In this document: piece by piece, positions 10,951 to 25,900 of the stretch | Position numbering within the stretch: the stretch's first letter is position 1 | Layout: the number at the start of each line of letters is the position of its first letter | Source: Podarcis vaucheri | Taxonomy: Eukaryota | Assembly: GCA_965113315.1 (NCBI GenBank) | Contig: OZ220363.1 | Length of the DNA stretch: 64,000 nt | Reading direction: 5' to 3' (one strand) | Notes under the pieces: generated by a model | What the model saw: only the letters and a program-made list of their open reading frames with translations | The model's database searches: none | Told to the model about the DNA's origin: nothing | Made by a program: the position numbers and the translations under genes

Positions 10951-13900
10951 AGGGGGGCGGGTCTCCCAGTTGGGTGCCCTGTTAGGATGTGCGAAGGAGA
11001 GTGGCATCCTTTCCCCAACTCTGCTGCCTATGCCCTAAACAAGCGAATAACTAGCTGCTTTCATGTGGAGTGGCCTTTGGGGAAGGGTCTGTTCTGAGGT
11101 GCTGATTTGTGTTTTCGGTTCCTGAGGGCCCTTTCCATGCCAGAAACATGGGAGGGGGGTCAGTCATCTGCAGCATAGATGGAGTTTGTGTATGGAGCAC
11201 CCACAAATCCATTGCTATTCTGGGAATCCCTTAGGAAAGTCATGTGGGAAGAATGTACCAGGTGAATGTGGAATGACTTGCCCCAGTGAGACATTGGGGT
11301 TTGAACTATAGAAGGAAATTCGGGGATGCAATGGAGGTTCGCATCACTGCGCGCAAAACTACATTGTATTAAGGAATAATATATATAATTGATTGGCTTT
11401 TGGACATGTGCTTTGGGGGATTTAATTGGGCTTGCACATATTATCTATTCAGTAAGATATTCTTGCAAAGTTACAGGAGTTCTCCTTTGTCTGCAAAAAC
11501 TGACAAAGGAGGGTAAAAAAGCAGAAACTGAGAATTCTTGCATATTTTCTGTGCAGTGTTTACATTTGGATTCTGCTCGTAGACAGAACGTGTGATAGAG
11601 CTGTTGATAGGAACTGAAGAATACTGTGTTCCGAGGAACAGATCACTGTGAGACTTTTAGGATAGAGTAGTGTGAAAAATGTCATGTAATTTAGTGTACA
11701 GGCATACTGGATTGCACTGAGGCAGTAGCCTGCAGCATTCATTTGAAGGACTGTGTTCTGTGATTCAGGCATGTCGGTTCCACGTCCTTTTTAAAGTATG
11801 CTAGGTTTTTTTCTATGGGGAACTTAATAGGCTGGAGCTCCTTCTCCATCTTTCTTCCAGTGTAGCTCCTCCCATGACAAAATCTGAAGTAGTTAAGCAA
11901 GGAGTGAGGAACCTTTTTCAGCCTGAGGGCCTCATTCTCTCGTGACAAACCTTTTGGGGGCTGCATGCCAGTGATGGGCAGGGCAAGAACTGAATGCAGG
12001 CGGGACAACAGATGTGATTCTTTATCCTTTGTGCAGTGGGAAAAGAGGGGAGAGTGCCCTTGTGCCGGAATCCTGCTTGCTGGTTTCCCACAAGCATCTG
12101 GTTGGACACTGTGAGAACAGGTTGCTGGATTAGATGAGCCATTGGCCTAATCCAGCAGGCTCTTCTTGTGTTACATTTAGGTGGCTTAAGCAGCAGTTTA
12201 ACACCCCTGGGATAGTCGTTTAAGAGTGCAGAGTCAAGGTACCTAACTTGGGATAGTTACCCCATTAATCTTCTTTTAGTACTTTGTCTTGCGGCAAAGA
12301 TGGTAAAAGCACAGCTCCTTTCTTTTCAGGGTGGTTCTGAACTGCAGGCCCAAAGGAGGACTAAAAAATGCTTGAGTGATCAGTTCTGTTGCTTTATTAA
12401 ATAAAAGGTGTAGACTTAGAGCAAATCAGCCTGCCAGGTCTTCCAGCCTTTACAGACACAGGACAGACACTGCAGCAAAGAGATGGCTTGTCCACACCCA
12501 AGCAAACATTCCTATGTTCTTTATACACAAAGCAGCATAGTACACTCTGGCCAGGACTCCCCATCATTCCACCTGACTAAGATGATGGCATAGGTGGCAA
12601 ATACCCAAATCTTACAGATAGTTCTCCTTTCTGGGCTTGGAGCCCAGCCCCCCAGGCCCCCCCTCTCCCCCAGATAAGGATAACATAAAAGTAAGCCAAT
12701 TAGCCTAAATCAAAGCAAGTGAATATAAACATATGAACTCATCGCTAAAACAACTACAGGTATCAATTAATTGTGGGGTTATCTTGACTACCAAGATGGT
12801 GTTTGCAGAGCTTCAGGAATAGTTCACTTTTGATTCAAAACAAGGGTCTAGCAATTCCAATTTACACAAGTGATTGAAAGCTTGAAATTAGGTGGCTGAG
12901 TTTAATTCTTTTAAGTTTGTCAACATGAAATGCAAGAGTATCATCTTGTGTATGGTACAAGAAAGTGACTAGAAATAAAACGAAAAGAAGCTCCTAGCTT
13001 GCGTGGACACTGGGAGCATTGGGTAGGCATTCTTTTTCACATTCTGAACACCATGTAGGAATCAAGGGAGATGTTCTTGTTTTATTACTGTGCAGAGAAG
13101 GCCTTTTCCACATGCTCTTGTGTGTGGAAGAACTGCTTAGTTGTTACTCGTTTGCATAAATCCACATTTGAGGTTTCACTACTGTTTGACAGATGTCTCA
13201 TTTTTAAATCAGACTATGGGGGAAATTAGATTTCTTCCATATTCTCTTAACTTATCACCACTAAATGGACACACTACTACTGTCCACCCTCCTCTGTTAT
13301 GCTGTGAGTTTTTATGTGATTTAATGGCTGTTGGCTACACAAGGTATAACAGTCAAAAAGCTCTCCAGACTTTTCCTAGAGTCTTAAGCTGGAATCATCG
13401 GGAAGCTGCAAACAATTTTTTAAAAAAATAAACCACACTTTCATTTCTCAGTCTCTTTTGCTGATGCAAGTGAAACTGATAGTTTCTTTTTTGGCCAGAA
13501 AAAGTAAATTGCACTTCCTATCTTGCTGTTTTCCCTCACTTCCAAGCAGACTCTGCTGTTTTGGCAACAGACCATTGCTCTTCCAACCCAGTAACCTTTG
13601 GAGACAGGATATAGACTGGTATAGAGCAACAAGGGGCTTGAACAAGGCTGATAGAATTGTAGTTACTGTGCATTAAGCCCAAATGTATTAGTATGCTCTG
13701 GTAGGTAATGGGTTGCCATGCAAATCCGTTGACCAGTCAAATATTGGTCCCTACGGTAAAGATATTTAAAACCAGGAATGCTGTTGTCTGGGTGGCATCT
13801 TACCTCTACAACGGCTTTTTAAAAGTTCACTTCACTTTCTGTTTTAATTTCATTCTTGCAAGATCATTTTTGAAAAACAAAAACAAAAAACTGCTGGTTT

Positions 13901-16900
13901 CAAAGTTCTGGATAAAAGTCAGAGAAGATCTATTATCTAATATTGGGCATATTTTAAATATTCCTGATAATGTATAATCATCTATGTGTTACAAAACTCT
14001 CTAATGTATTTCATGTGTTTACCAGGTTTTACTTGTACAGTTGTTGGCTTTATTTTGTTCTTTGACTGCGTATAAAGAATCTATATCTGATATTATGTGA
14101 ATATTAAGATTTTTACAAACTTGTTTAATGTTATTAAAATAGGGTGGTGGTTTTTTTTAAAAAAAAAACTATTTCATCCTTTCACCATGGCTCTGTTTGC
14201 ACATAACATTAAGTCATAGATAAAAGCAAAGCAATGGTTCACCATGAATGAACAGTGTGCTGCTTCATGCTGCTCAGTCATGATCACTTTGCCCTACCCA
14301 CCTTGGAGCTGAGAAACTGATCAGGGAGGGGATGGCTTTGTGATGCATGCAAGCCAGCAGTTGTGGTTTGTTCTTCCCAACAAACTATGAGCAGTAAGCC
14401 AAAAACAAAACTTGGCTTCGTCTCATGGATTGTTTGAAAAGAAACAAATCACGAGTCCTGCTTTGCACCTACTGCTAAGTCAGTTCCATGTTTTTGTCTC
14501 TTGGCGGCATAACTGAGCAGCATCCACTAGCACACTTGCCCATTTGCAGTAAGCTGAGTTGAGTATTTCAGACTATGTATGGCTTGCTGTGATGTGTGAA
14601 CCAGGTCATAAACAGTCAACTATTTTGTTCTTGTAATTAAGCATCAAATCTGTTTAAAGTGTTCCATTTCCTTTTCTAATAAATTTAGTACTCTTAAGAT
14701 ATTTTACCATTACTTGACAATATTTAAATGAGTATTTGACTGGTGAGTTGACCAAATATGTTTTGCCTCTTTCAAATGCTTAATCCTGGAGGAATACTTA
14801 TTTGGATAGACATTTTCTTTTCTTATCCTGGATTTTCATACACATTGGCTTATTTGCCAGAGGATCTGTCTGTAAAGTAAACCATGTGAAATGATTCTTC
14901 ATTCAGAAAAAAACTCTTGGCTGGTTTCTGTTCCTCTTCCTATTACTTTTGTTTTCTGCTCAGTGCAGATACTTTGTTTAGTTTCTTTCTGTATCCGACA
15001 CAATTCGGGTCGTATTGTTTTACCTAACTAGAGAGCAAAGTCTGGTTTATGCTTTGAAAGGTGCTCCGGTCCAAATTTAGCTTGAACTGACTCATGAGTA
15101 AAACCACTCCCTGGATGAAATTCTTTCTGGCATGCCAGAAAGGAAGTGAGAGCATGAGAATACCAAAACTATGCAATCGTTTGCACAAGGTGTGTTACCC
15201 TTCTTGTTACAGGGAAGATCAATGTGGAAAGCATGGTATAGTCAGTCTTCGGTCTTTGAGCCACTTAACTCTGCAGTTTTAAAGCAGAGTAAATGATTGT
15301 GGATGCAGCCTCTTGTAGGATAGCACAATGGCTTCATATAGTTCTCTGACATTCATATAGTTCTCTGAAAATACAGGTAGTGAACTATGAGTGTGCTGCA
15401 GCCTACACTACTTATCTGCTTGTTCCAAACAGGAATAGAAAGACACTTGACTTTTGCACACAGCTCAAGACCAGGTGTCCCCCACATGTCAACAGCCCCC
15501 TTTGCCTTTTTGAATCTCATAACACCTACAGAATTTTATATTCATAATAAGGAGTTGGTGTAGCAATATTACAACACGGGAAGGAGTGGGAGGAAATCAC
15601 TGTGGAAGAGTTAAGTTGCTGTGGGGGTAGCAAAATTAAAAGTGGTGAGTTTTGGTATGATCTGGCACAAGTTGATCTTTTTGAGAGGCTTTTTGCCATA
15701 ACAGTGCTGCACCGTAGCATTTGAAGCTGCAAATGGATGAGTACTTAATTTTGCCTCGTAACATAGGAAGTGGCTTTCAGAAAGCTGCAGGCTGTGATGG
15801 TTTGTGTGGGGATTTTGTGCCTAGTTAATTCAGAATTGGTGCTTTGGTGGTGGGTGGAAGGGATAGTGGTTGCATATGTCTTGGAAGGGCGAAGGAAGAA
15901 CTTGTTGGAAGGATGAAGATGGGGACCCATCTACTGAAATTATGACTCATGCCTGGGGAGGAGGGGGAAGAGTTTGTGGGGAAATGCTTTGGAATACTAA
16001 AGAGGATGTTGAGATGCCTTTCTAGTTCCTGAAATCAATGCTGTGGGTTTCTTTTCTGTTAAGTCCCTTGAGGACTGCCCTCTGGATGAGGATGAAGAAG
16101 GCTTTCATAACTTGGCTGAGGAAGATGAAGATATCGACCAGTTTAATGATGACACATTTGGAGCTGGTGCAATTGGTGAGTTTGTCTAACAAGTGTACCC
16201 TGCCTTTTTATTCATATGCCGGAGGCTATTTTATATATACTTCTTTTAAAATAATATCCTTACTGTGCTGAAATATCCTTATTTCTTCCAAAGTTGCACT
16301 GCTGATATTTTGGCTGCTTGTTAAATCCCTTTGATGTTCCAATCTTTTGCCCCTGGAGTTGTAGGCAGATGCTGCTGCAGCTGTAGAAAAAGGAGGGAGT
16401 GATATGGCAAGAATGGCAGGATCTTAAAGAAATATATCCCGTGAACTGCCCTGAGACCTGCAGGTGTAGGGCGGTATACAAATTTTAGTATAAAAATAAA
16501 ACAACAACAACAGCAGTAATAATAATAATAATAATAAATATCCTTCCTGTCATTCCTTTGCAGATGATGACTGGCAAGAAGCTCATGAAAGGTTGGCAGA
16601 GCTGGAAGAGAAGCCTGCACCAGGAGGAGAGCAAGTGGACCCGGGAGTTGCCGATGAGATGGACCTGCTGGGAGACCACGAAGAGAACCTGGCAGAGAGG
16701 CTCAGCAAGATGGTGATTGATAATGAGTTGGAAGATCCAGCCATCATGCAGGCTGTGCAAACTCGGCCTCCTGTCCAGGTGTGCAGCAAGTGATAGTGGT
16801 GGGGAAAGAGCAATCTCATCTCTTTGGTAGCTTGCATAGGTGGAGGGACCTCCATGTGACTTTTAATCCCTGTGTTCCCTTCTTTCCAGCAACAAGGTGG

Positions 16901-19900
16901 GCTCAACTCGAGCATCTGGGACGGGCCTTCAGTTCTCAGGCGCATCAGGGGACCGCTTCTTAATCAGGTGCAGTGCTTTGTTTCATCTAAAGGGAATCTT
17001 GGTTTTTCCGTAAAGGTGACTGTCTTCCTCCTGCCTCTCACCCCACCCTCCGGCTTCCATTATCTAATGTTTTCTCTAGTGCACTGTACAGAAGATAATG
17101 ACACTGTCTTTGCATGGGAGACTTGCAGACTTAAGTTCAATAGCCTACATTCTGCCTGTGTCTCTTCCCCAAATATATAAATATTTAAAGTAAGTTGCTG
17201 GTGTGTTCTCCCCTTCTGCGCAGGAGGTCCCCTCTGTGTCAGTGCTGGAATATGCCCTTCCACAAAGACCTCCGCAGGCCCGAGAAGAGGAGCAGGACCT
17301 TTCGGAGCGGGCGCTGCCCAGGCGGTCATCCTCGCCAGTTATTGGCAGCCCTCCTGTCCGTGCTGTTCCTATTGGGACGCCACCTAAGCAGCCCAACATG
17401 CCCAACTTTAACCAGCAGGTATTGCTTCTTCCTTCTGGAATTGAGGGTGTGTGGATCTGGGATGGGGGCTTCAGCAAAGAACAGAATGAAAGCAAAAGGC
17501 ACTCTGCTGCATTGTGTAGCACAGAGGTTGCCACAGAGGTCTCAGTTTAGCATCTGCAAAGGCTAATGCTATTTTCCACCTGCGCCCTTGTCCCCTTGGA
17601 ATGCTTGCTTACTTGCCCTTTTGCTGCTCTAGATGTCAAACTCTCCCATGATAGAAGCTTGTCTTCCATCTGCCTGTCTCTGACAAAATGGGAAAACAGC
17701 ATTAATTAAATATCTGAAACTTTTCATAAAAATGTAACACAGATGCCCTTTCAAGGATGTGACTTTCTCTTCAGTGGCGTTTTGAATGTTCAGTGAAATG
17801 TGGGTCCAATCTGCTATTGAAAGAAGTGCTCTTGTTTGCTTTTGTTGTTCCCTTTCAAATGCAATGAAGGTGATTGCTAGAAACATGCTATCTTAATGGT
17901 TAGGATGCAGTCTGGTACCTGGAGTTGAAAGAAGCATTTGGTGGTGAGGTTTAATCTCAACTCTACTGATTTGCTTATTTTGCTTTCATTTTTCTTCTCT
18001 TTCAATAGATCCTATGTCCAAAGCCTGTTCACATTAGAGTCCCCATTCAGCAGCGTTACCCAAGCCCCTTCAGTGAGAGAATGTCTCCAAACCAGCTCTG
18101 CAATATGACGGTAGTTCTGACTGAGCAAATCTCTGTGTTGCCTTGTGGTTTAACAACTGTTCTTGCCCTTAACTCTCCCCCAACATTCCTCGCTATTTAA
18201 AAATGTTCATGAAGGCCTTTACTCATCAATGTAACCTTCAGTCTCTCTTCTGTATTGCTTAGTTCTGAAATAAACCGCCTTCTGGCCTTGAACACATTCA
18301 GAATCCCTAGGGGGCAACACAGAGCCTGTCAACTACAGGAGATTCCCAGTGCACTTTTGTGTGTTTGTAAGGTTTACTTGACCTTCAGTTTGGCTTTTGG
18401 TATAATTGTTCATTGTTAGACAAGAAAGCCTAAAACAAAAAAGCCTAAAAGGAGAAAGAGCTCAAATCTCCTGTCTTCTGTTTAATTTTCATGACACCCA
18501 ATTTCATGTATTAAGATACTTGGGTTTTGCCCTTGAAAGGACAGCACATACAACAGTTGAAATTTAGTGCTCCTGCTCCTTAGTGGTCTGGTGTACCCTT
18601 TTAATCATAAAGCAATTTAGCAGTATTGCAGCTTGTAATATCCTTCAGAAGAGATCCTCAGTATGGCTCTCCAGTGTTGAGATGTGATGATGATACTGTT
18701 TGCCTAATGCTAGAATGAATTATTTTGTCTTGTCCTGTATGATAGGAATGACCAGTTATTTAAACGCCTCGTCTTGCTTGTTTCAGACGCTTCTAGCTTC
18801 TGCACTGCTCCTGCCTTCTGTTTTCTGTCATCTCAGTAATATCCAGAAGGAGGAACATAGGAATGTTCATGTTGTGTCAGACTGTTTCTACAGTCGGTGT
18901 GTTCTATTTTCCTTTTTCCAGAACTCCTCCCTCCTGGGCCACCCATTCCCTCCCAATGTTACTCCTGTTCTCACCCACCTTCAAAGAGCACAGCTGCTAG
19001 GAGGAGCGCAGGTAAACATCTGACTACTGTCTTGCTCTCCTTTGCATTTTTGTGGTTGCATCCTCCACAGCGGGGGTGGGGGACCTGTGAATCTCCAGAA
19101 GTTGCTGGACTCAAACTCTTAACAGCCCCTAGCCAGCATGACCAATGCTCAGGGATGATAGGAGTTGGAGTTCAGCAACATCTGGAGGGCCACAGGGTCC
19201 TCACTCCTGGCCTATGGGCTTTTGCTCTACTATGCAAGTTCTTCCTCCGTATACCTGCTTCTTGTGTTTGCTTCATTTGCCAGATCATATATTCAGAGGA
19301 GCCATCAGCAATGTTGCATTGGTATGCTTCTCTCTCTTGCATACCCTAGCAGATAAAGTTCTTGCAGTGATGGTGCTGTTTTCTCCTGCTTCTCCCTACA
19401 GGCAGGGAGGCTGTCTCCCAGCCAGTTTGCACGTGTCTCTGGACTTGTCAGCAACCCTCTTGCATCCATGAACCCCAAACTACTCCAGGGCCGAGTTGGG
19501 CAGATGATGCCTCCAGCTAGTGGATTTCGTGCCTACTTTGGGGCACCGCCTGCCCCTTCATCGCAACACCATTCCCCATGTCCTGGAGCCCACCTGCAGA
19601 ATTTAAGGTATCCTATTTGTTTCACCTTTCTTCCAGTAAGACAGCTAAGCTGAATTGCGTGTGGGTTCTTCATTGCCCTTTCCTGAGAGAACTTTATTCC
19701 CTAGGCCTCAACCGCAGATGTTCCGGCCTGATACGACCCACCTTCACCCACAGCACCGGCGGCTCTTGCACCAGAGGCAGCAGCAGAACAGGAAGTGAGT
19801 GTTGAGTGAATCTGTGTGCTTCTGCTGGTGGAGGGAGGGAAAGCTTAAATGCCTTCCCAGCACAAGAAGCAAAGTTCTGCCAAGGTTGTGTATACCTGGT

Positions 19901-22900
19901 GTCAAGGAAAAGCTGTTTCTGTGTCTGATGTAGCCTGTATATAAATATATATCAAGTGCCTACAGTATGTCTGCTGCAAAAAATCTACATAAAATCAGAT
20001 TTTTTTGGAAGAATAATTTGGTGGGCATCCAACTCATTCCTGTTCATTGGAGCCCTCATTTTCCACTGATTCTACAGAAGTGGATTCCCTGCAGCAACAG
20101 AAGGTTGGGCTTGATGGCCTTCTGACACACCTTCCACTCTGATTCTGTGAAGGACTTGGAGATTGTCCTGGACTTCCGAATGGAGCTGGAGTGGCAAAAA
20201 GAAGTAGGAATAGGAAAAGGAATGATTAATTCAGGCAGTTCATAATCTTAACAAAATTAGTTGCCTCAAGTGGAAGATAGCTGCTAGTTTAGATGGAAGG
20301 GAATTTAGACAGTTCATGGGTCTGTATTGATAGCACTACAGCCAAAATGGCTGGAAATTGAACCTCCATATGTTGGGGGCAGTGTATCTCCAGGGAGGAG
20401 GTGCAGAGACCAAAAAGGGATACCTATCGCCACTAAGCTCTTTTGGAACATCTGGTTTGCCACTGGAAGCAAACTCAACAGATGTTTAGCTTTACTTTGC
20501 AAGACAATTCTTAGGATGATAGGCCTCAGTATCCTATGCAGCTAACTCCCTATCTATTGCTTTTCTATTGTTTTAAGCCTTCACCCAAATCTGCTTGCGT
20601 GTATTGGCTTTCTCTCTGTAACCAGGATGAGAATTTTGTTTTTTAAAGAGGGCTATTGTCAGTTTTTCTGATGCGGTCTTTGGCACAGTGATCATACCCC
20701 TGAGTACTGTGCCTCTCTGTGGAGGTATTTCTCAACATCCTGTGGTTATTCTGGTCACCCCTTCAAGGAACATCCTGCAAGTAACTTCATGGCCTGTCAC
20801 AACAGAGCAAACTGGTGACTGGGGTGAAATTTGCTTATTCAGAAGAAATTTAGCCTCTCTTTTACCTGCTCTTAAGTTTGGAAGCTCAGAGCCATGAACT
20901 TGCATGCTGGATTGACCCCAGGTTGTTTCTTGGGACATGTAAAAATACAGCTGAAGGAATTTGCTTGAGTGCATCTGTTCTTCTCAGACTTGTCTTGTGC
21001 CAAGAGACTTCGTATAAATCCCAGGCCGCTGTCCTGGAGCACTTGCACGCTGTGTCCTACTGTGTACAGTGGTACCTTGGTTCTTGAACTTAATCCGTTC
21101 TGGGAGTGTTTGACTCCTGAAACTGTTCGAAAACCAAGGCGCGGCTTCTGATTGGCAGCAGGAGCTTCCTGCACTCAAGCGGAAGCCGCGTTGGACATTC
21201 GGCTTCCAAAAAACGTTTGCAAACCAGAACACTTACTTCCAGGTTTGCAGTGTTTGGGAGCCAATGTGTTCAGCAACTGAACCGTTCGGGAACCAAGGTT
21301 CCACTGTAATTGCTCTGTACTTTTCCTGAATTTTGTGGCACCCCTTTCAGTCAGCACCGGAGCCTAAATGGGTCAGCAGGGGACAGAGGGAGCCACCGGA
21401 ATAGCCACCAGGAGCAGATCAGGAAGGACCCTTACGCCAATCTCATGCTGCAGCGGGAAAAGGACTGGGTGTCCAAGATCCAGATGATGCAACTGCAAAG
21501 CACTGATCCATACCTAGATGACTTCTACTATCAGGTTGGTGCTTCATGGAGGCCCATTGTAGCACTCTGCTTCTTGTCTTGCTGGGGACAAGTTTCCAAT
21601 CTTGGGTTAAAGGGTTCTGTGCCTCTAGGTTTCTAACCAGCTTTCTCTTCCTTTAGAACTATTTTCAGAAGCTGGAAAAATTATCTGCAGCTGAGGAAAT
21701 GCATGGTGATGGTCCCAAAAAAGAGCGCACCAAACTAATCACCCCACAAGTTGCCAAGTTAGAGCATGCCTACAAGCCAGGTAAGTACCCTTGTGCACCA
21801 AGGACTGATCTGAGTGCATGTAGCAGGAGGAGGAACTAGAATCCAGATGTGGAAGGGAGGACTGTGCTACTTCAGCCTTGCATGGGGTGGGGTGGGGTAG
21901 GCAAAGAATGCCCTGCAAATAGAAAAATAGCACATGGGGAGATGTGTTCCTTGTGCTAAGCTTCTATTCACGTGGTGTCTTTAATATGGAGGATCATTAG
22001 AAACATACTCCCCTCCCTCCCGCTACTTGTTGGGAGTGATTTAACCTGTTCTGCTCCCTCAGGATTCTACCATCTCATTCTGCTGCATATGAAAACTTCA
22101 CCCTATATACTATTCTAGGGCTGGGGAGTAAAGGAAGGCAAGCTTAGACACAAGGAACAGATTTCCTTGTAGGTCTGCATGTATTTGAGCCCAAAATATA
22201 GCCTCATTTCCTAGATGGTTGATTAGGAAAGCACAGTTGGTTGATGGAGTGAAAATGTAATTGGGAAGGGATGGGAACATTATAATTTTGTGTAGCAATA
22301 GCAAGATGTTAGGGCAGGTAGGTTCGCTCATGCAATTTCACCTGCATTGCCTTTTATTTATGTTTGCAGTGCAGTTCGAAGGCTCACTGGGGAAGCTCAC
22401 AGTCTCCAGTGTGAATAACCCCCGCAAGATGATTGATGCTGTTGTGACGTTACGAGGGGAAGAAGATGTAAGTTTCCCTGGCTAGGATTACTTGGGGCTC
22501 CCTTCCATAGATAGCATAATGCTATGGGTTTGTCATCTTTCTTCTCAAATATGGGTTCTTGCCGTTGTCAAACCTTGCTCCTGCTCAGGTTGCAGAGGGG
22601 AACTTTCCTGTTCAGTGGGAACTTTTCTTAGCATGTCTTGCACTCTTCCTTAGGAGACAAAGGAGAAGCAGGTTCGAGATAAGAGGCGTCAGACTCTCTT
22701 CACTATTGAGAAGGTAAGTCTGAGTCTTTGGTGCGTTTTCCCTGGAAAGCGGGAATCATCCAGTACAAGGTGAAAGGGGAGCTACTAACTCAGCCCTTAG
22801 TGGTTAAACTGGTGGCAGCGCAGTTTAAGCATGATGGGTTATGCCATCTTGGATTTAGAATAGAGGGGCTACTGTTGAAATCACTTGTACATCCTTTTGG

Positions 22901-25900
22901 TGGTTTAGCCATGATTACTGCTTCTATTTGGGGTCTCAGTTTCCTACTTAGTGTAGTTTCCTTTTAAATGAATCCAGTTACAGATAGGTAGCCGTGTTGG
23001 TCTGCCATAGTCAAAATAAAAAAAATCCTTCCAGTAGCACCTTAAAGACCAACTAAGTTAGTTCTTGGTATGAGCTTTCGTGTGCATGCACACTTCTTCA
23101 GATACTTTTAAATGAAGTTAATGAAGGGAGAACTTTCTGACACTGAGCTGGAATGGACTCCCTCAGAAGGTGGTGGACTCTCCTTCCGTGGAGGTTTTTA
23201 AGCAGAGGTTGGATGGCCATCCGTCTGGGATGCTTTGGTTGAGATTCCTGCATTGCGGAAGGTTGGACTAGATGGCCCTCGGGGTCCCTTCCAACTTACA
23301 ATTCTATCATTCTAATTATCTGACTTGGCCTAGTCTAAAGTTTTGGGGGAAGGTGGGGGGATGGCCCAGCCTATCCATTTGGCAGTGTTATTCATGCATT
23401 AGAACTGTAGTCATATAAGAAGTGACATAGGGCATTGAGTTTAGATGCCTGTCTAAAGCCCATTTCTTGATTACTAGACATACAGCCTCCTCCTGGATGT
23501 AGAAGACTATGAGAGGCGCTACCTTTTGAGCCTTGAGGGCGACAGGTTGGCTTTGATGGAGGAGAGGAAGCAGAAGATCTGTGACATGTATGACAACCTG
23601 AAGGGGAAAACGCCCAACCAGGAAAGGTAAGAGTAAGATTCTTGTACAATTCCCAAAAGAAAATAGTTCCTCCCAATGTGACAGAGCAGATACTCAGGAG
23701 CACAAGCGGCTGTAGGGGGAATTAGTGACAACTGGCCTCTCCCCCAATTCCACAGACGGGGGAGCATCACATGAACACAACTCTGCTAAGCGGGATGCCC
23801 CACTAGCCGAAGCCTAGATAGGCAGGATTGTGTTTCCTTACTGATAATGGCAGTATTGGGGCTGATGGAATAAGCATTGCAAGAATAAGTTTCAAAAACT
23901 AGTTGGTACAGATTTGCTTCTGGAGGGAAATGGGATGGCAAACCATACTTGTCAACCTGTTTCCAAGATATTAGGACAGACTATTTGGTAATAAACTTAG
24001 TGTCATTCCCCGCTTCCTCACCTAGGCTTCTTGTTTTAGCAGCCTGCTGGCCTGAGGTGGGGACACAACTGTAGCCTCCTCCATAATTACCCCTCACTTC
24101 TAGGTTGTGAAGTGGATGTTCCCCCTTAGAGTGCCATTCCTGGCCCAGGGAGCCCCCTAGTTGCCAACCCAATATGATTTTAAAGCTGTTTTGGCTCAAA
24201 ATAATTATTTGACCTTAATGAGGTTACTGCTCCCGATGAAATGGTCTCTGCTTTTCCAAAGACTTTCTTGGTGTTTGGAAGAACTCTGCATAGGTTGCTA
24301 GATGCTATACCTTTCATGAAGAGTGTTGTGACTGTGAGCAAGGCTGTGACTTTCAAAGCTACCCCAGCTCTGCATGCCACTTAGAGAGGAAGTTCGGTGG
24401 GGCAGAAGAATCACATGCTCTGGCGCCACCTAACAATGATTTGTGTGCTCTTTTCTGACAGGCTGTGTGATGATGCTTTTGTGCAGATCATGTGTATTCG
24501 GAAAGGAAAACGTCTGGTTGCCCGGATCCTACCTTTCTTGTCCACTGAGCAAGCCGCTGATATACTTATGGCCACAGCCAGGAACTTGCCATTCCTAATT
24601 AAGAAGGATGCTCAGGATGAGGTAAACACTGCTGAAGAGAGGCCACTAAGGAGTTGTCTTGAGTGTTACAGGAATGGAAGAGTTCACTTGCATAACTAAT
24701 GCCTTCTCTTACTAAAGTAAGAGGAAAGTACAGTAGTCCTGTTTGTGTGTGTTAGGATTAGTCTTTTTTTGGAATTGACAAGGGTATTTCAACAAAATGA
24801 CTAAGGCTACAGTCCTGTGCATGCTTACCTGGGTGTAAGCCCCATTGGACTTAGCAAGACTTAAACATAGGAATCCTCTGTAAACCATGACAGCCATGGT
24901 TTTACAGACAGATTCCAGCTCCTGTTGGCAGTCTCCCTTGATAATCTGGAGAGGCCGAAACCACAAATAGAGCACATCTCTTCTTCCAGTCGTTCCATTT
25001 CCTTCCTAGTCTTTTAAAGTGGGGTGTTAACTAGCATTTGTAAGAAAGTTTATAACATGTTTAAGTACCAGAGGCATAAACCTGAGAATGTATTGTATTT
25101 ATCAAGACAAAGGCTGATAAAAGTTCAAGAAACCAGTTAGAAAGTGGCTTTCTTGAAAGGGTAGGAAAATGAAGATGGAGAGTCTCTTTCTCCCACTTTA
25201 AACTTATATTTATCCATTATACCCCAATGTTTGAGGAGCTTCCTCCAGAAAGCAGCTTAGTTTCCAATAAAAACCATTTCCACCTGATAATAAAATATAA
25301 AAAGTACCAGATACAATACAATGAACAATAAACCAGCATTTTAAAACAAAAACAAACACAGTGCTATAGCAATGCTATGCACAGCACTCAGCATAAAGGA
25401 GTTTTACTGCAATATATTAATGATTAGACTCAGAAATTAGGATGTCAGTCTCTGGTGTGGAATAGGCTTGTCCTGTGACAAAAGCATGGCATTTAAAAAA
25501 ACCTTTTCCTCAGGTGCTACCCTGCCTATTGAGGCCCTTCTCCCTTGTTCTCTATCATCTTCCGCTGGGAACTGTCGCCAGCATCCTGCAGCAGCTAATG
25601 AACCTACCTCAGAGCACGACGACGACAGCATCAGCCAACCTGCACCTCACAAATGTGCTCCAGAACAAGGTTTCTTCTCTCTACTCCACTTTTATCAGTG
25701 CTTAGTGTACCACTAGACTTTTTTATGGCTAGACATTGCTTCAGGATAGAGGAGGTGTTAATGATGAGGCTTTAAAGGCACAGCTGCTTACAAAGATTTG
25801 CTAGGATGCAAGGAGTGCCCTTGCTCCCTCACCTGAATGAAGCTCTGGAGTCACTATCTTGTTCCTAGGCAGCTGCTCTCACATCTCTTGATTTTTGATA

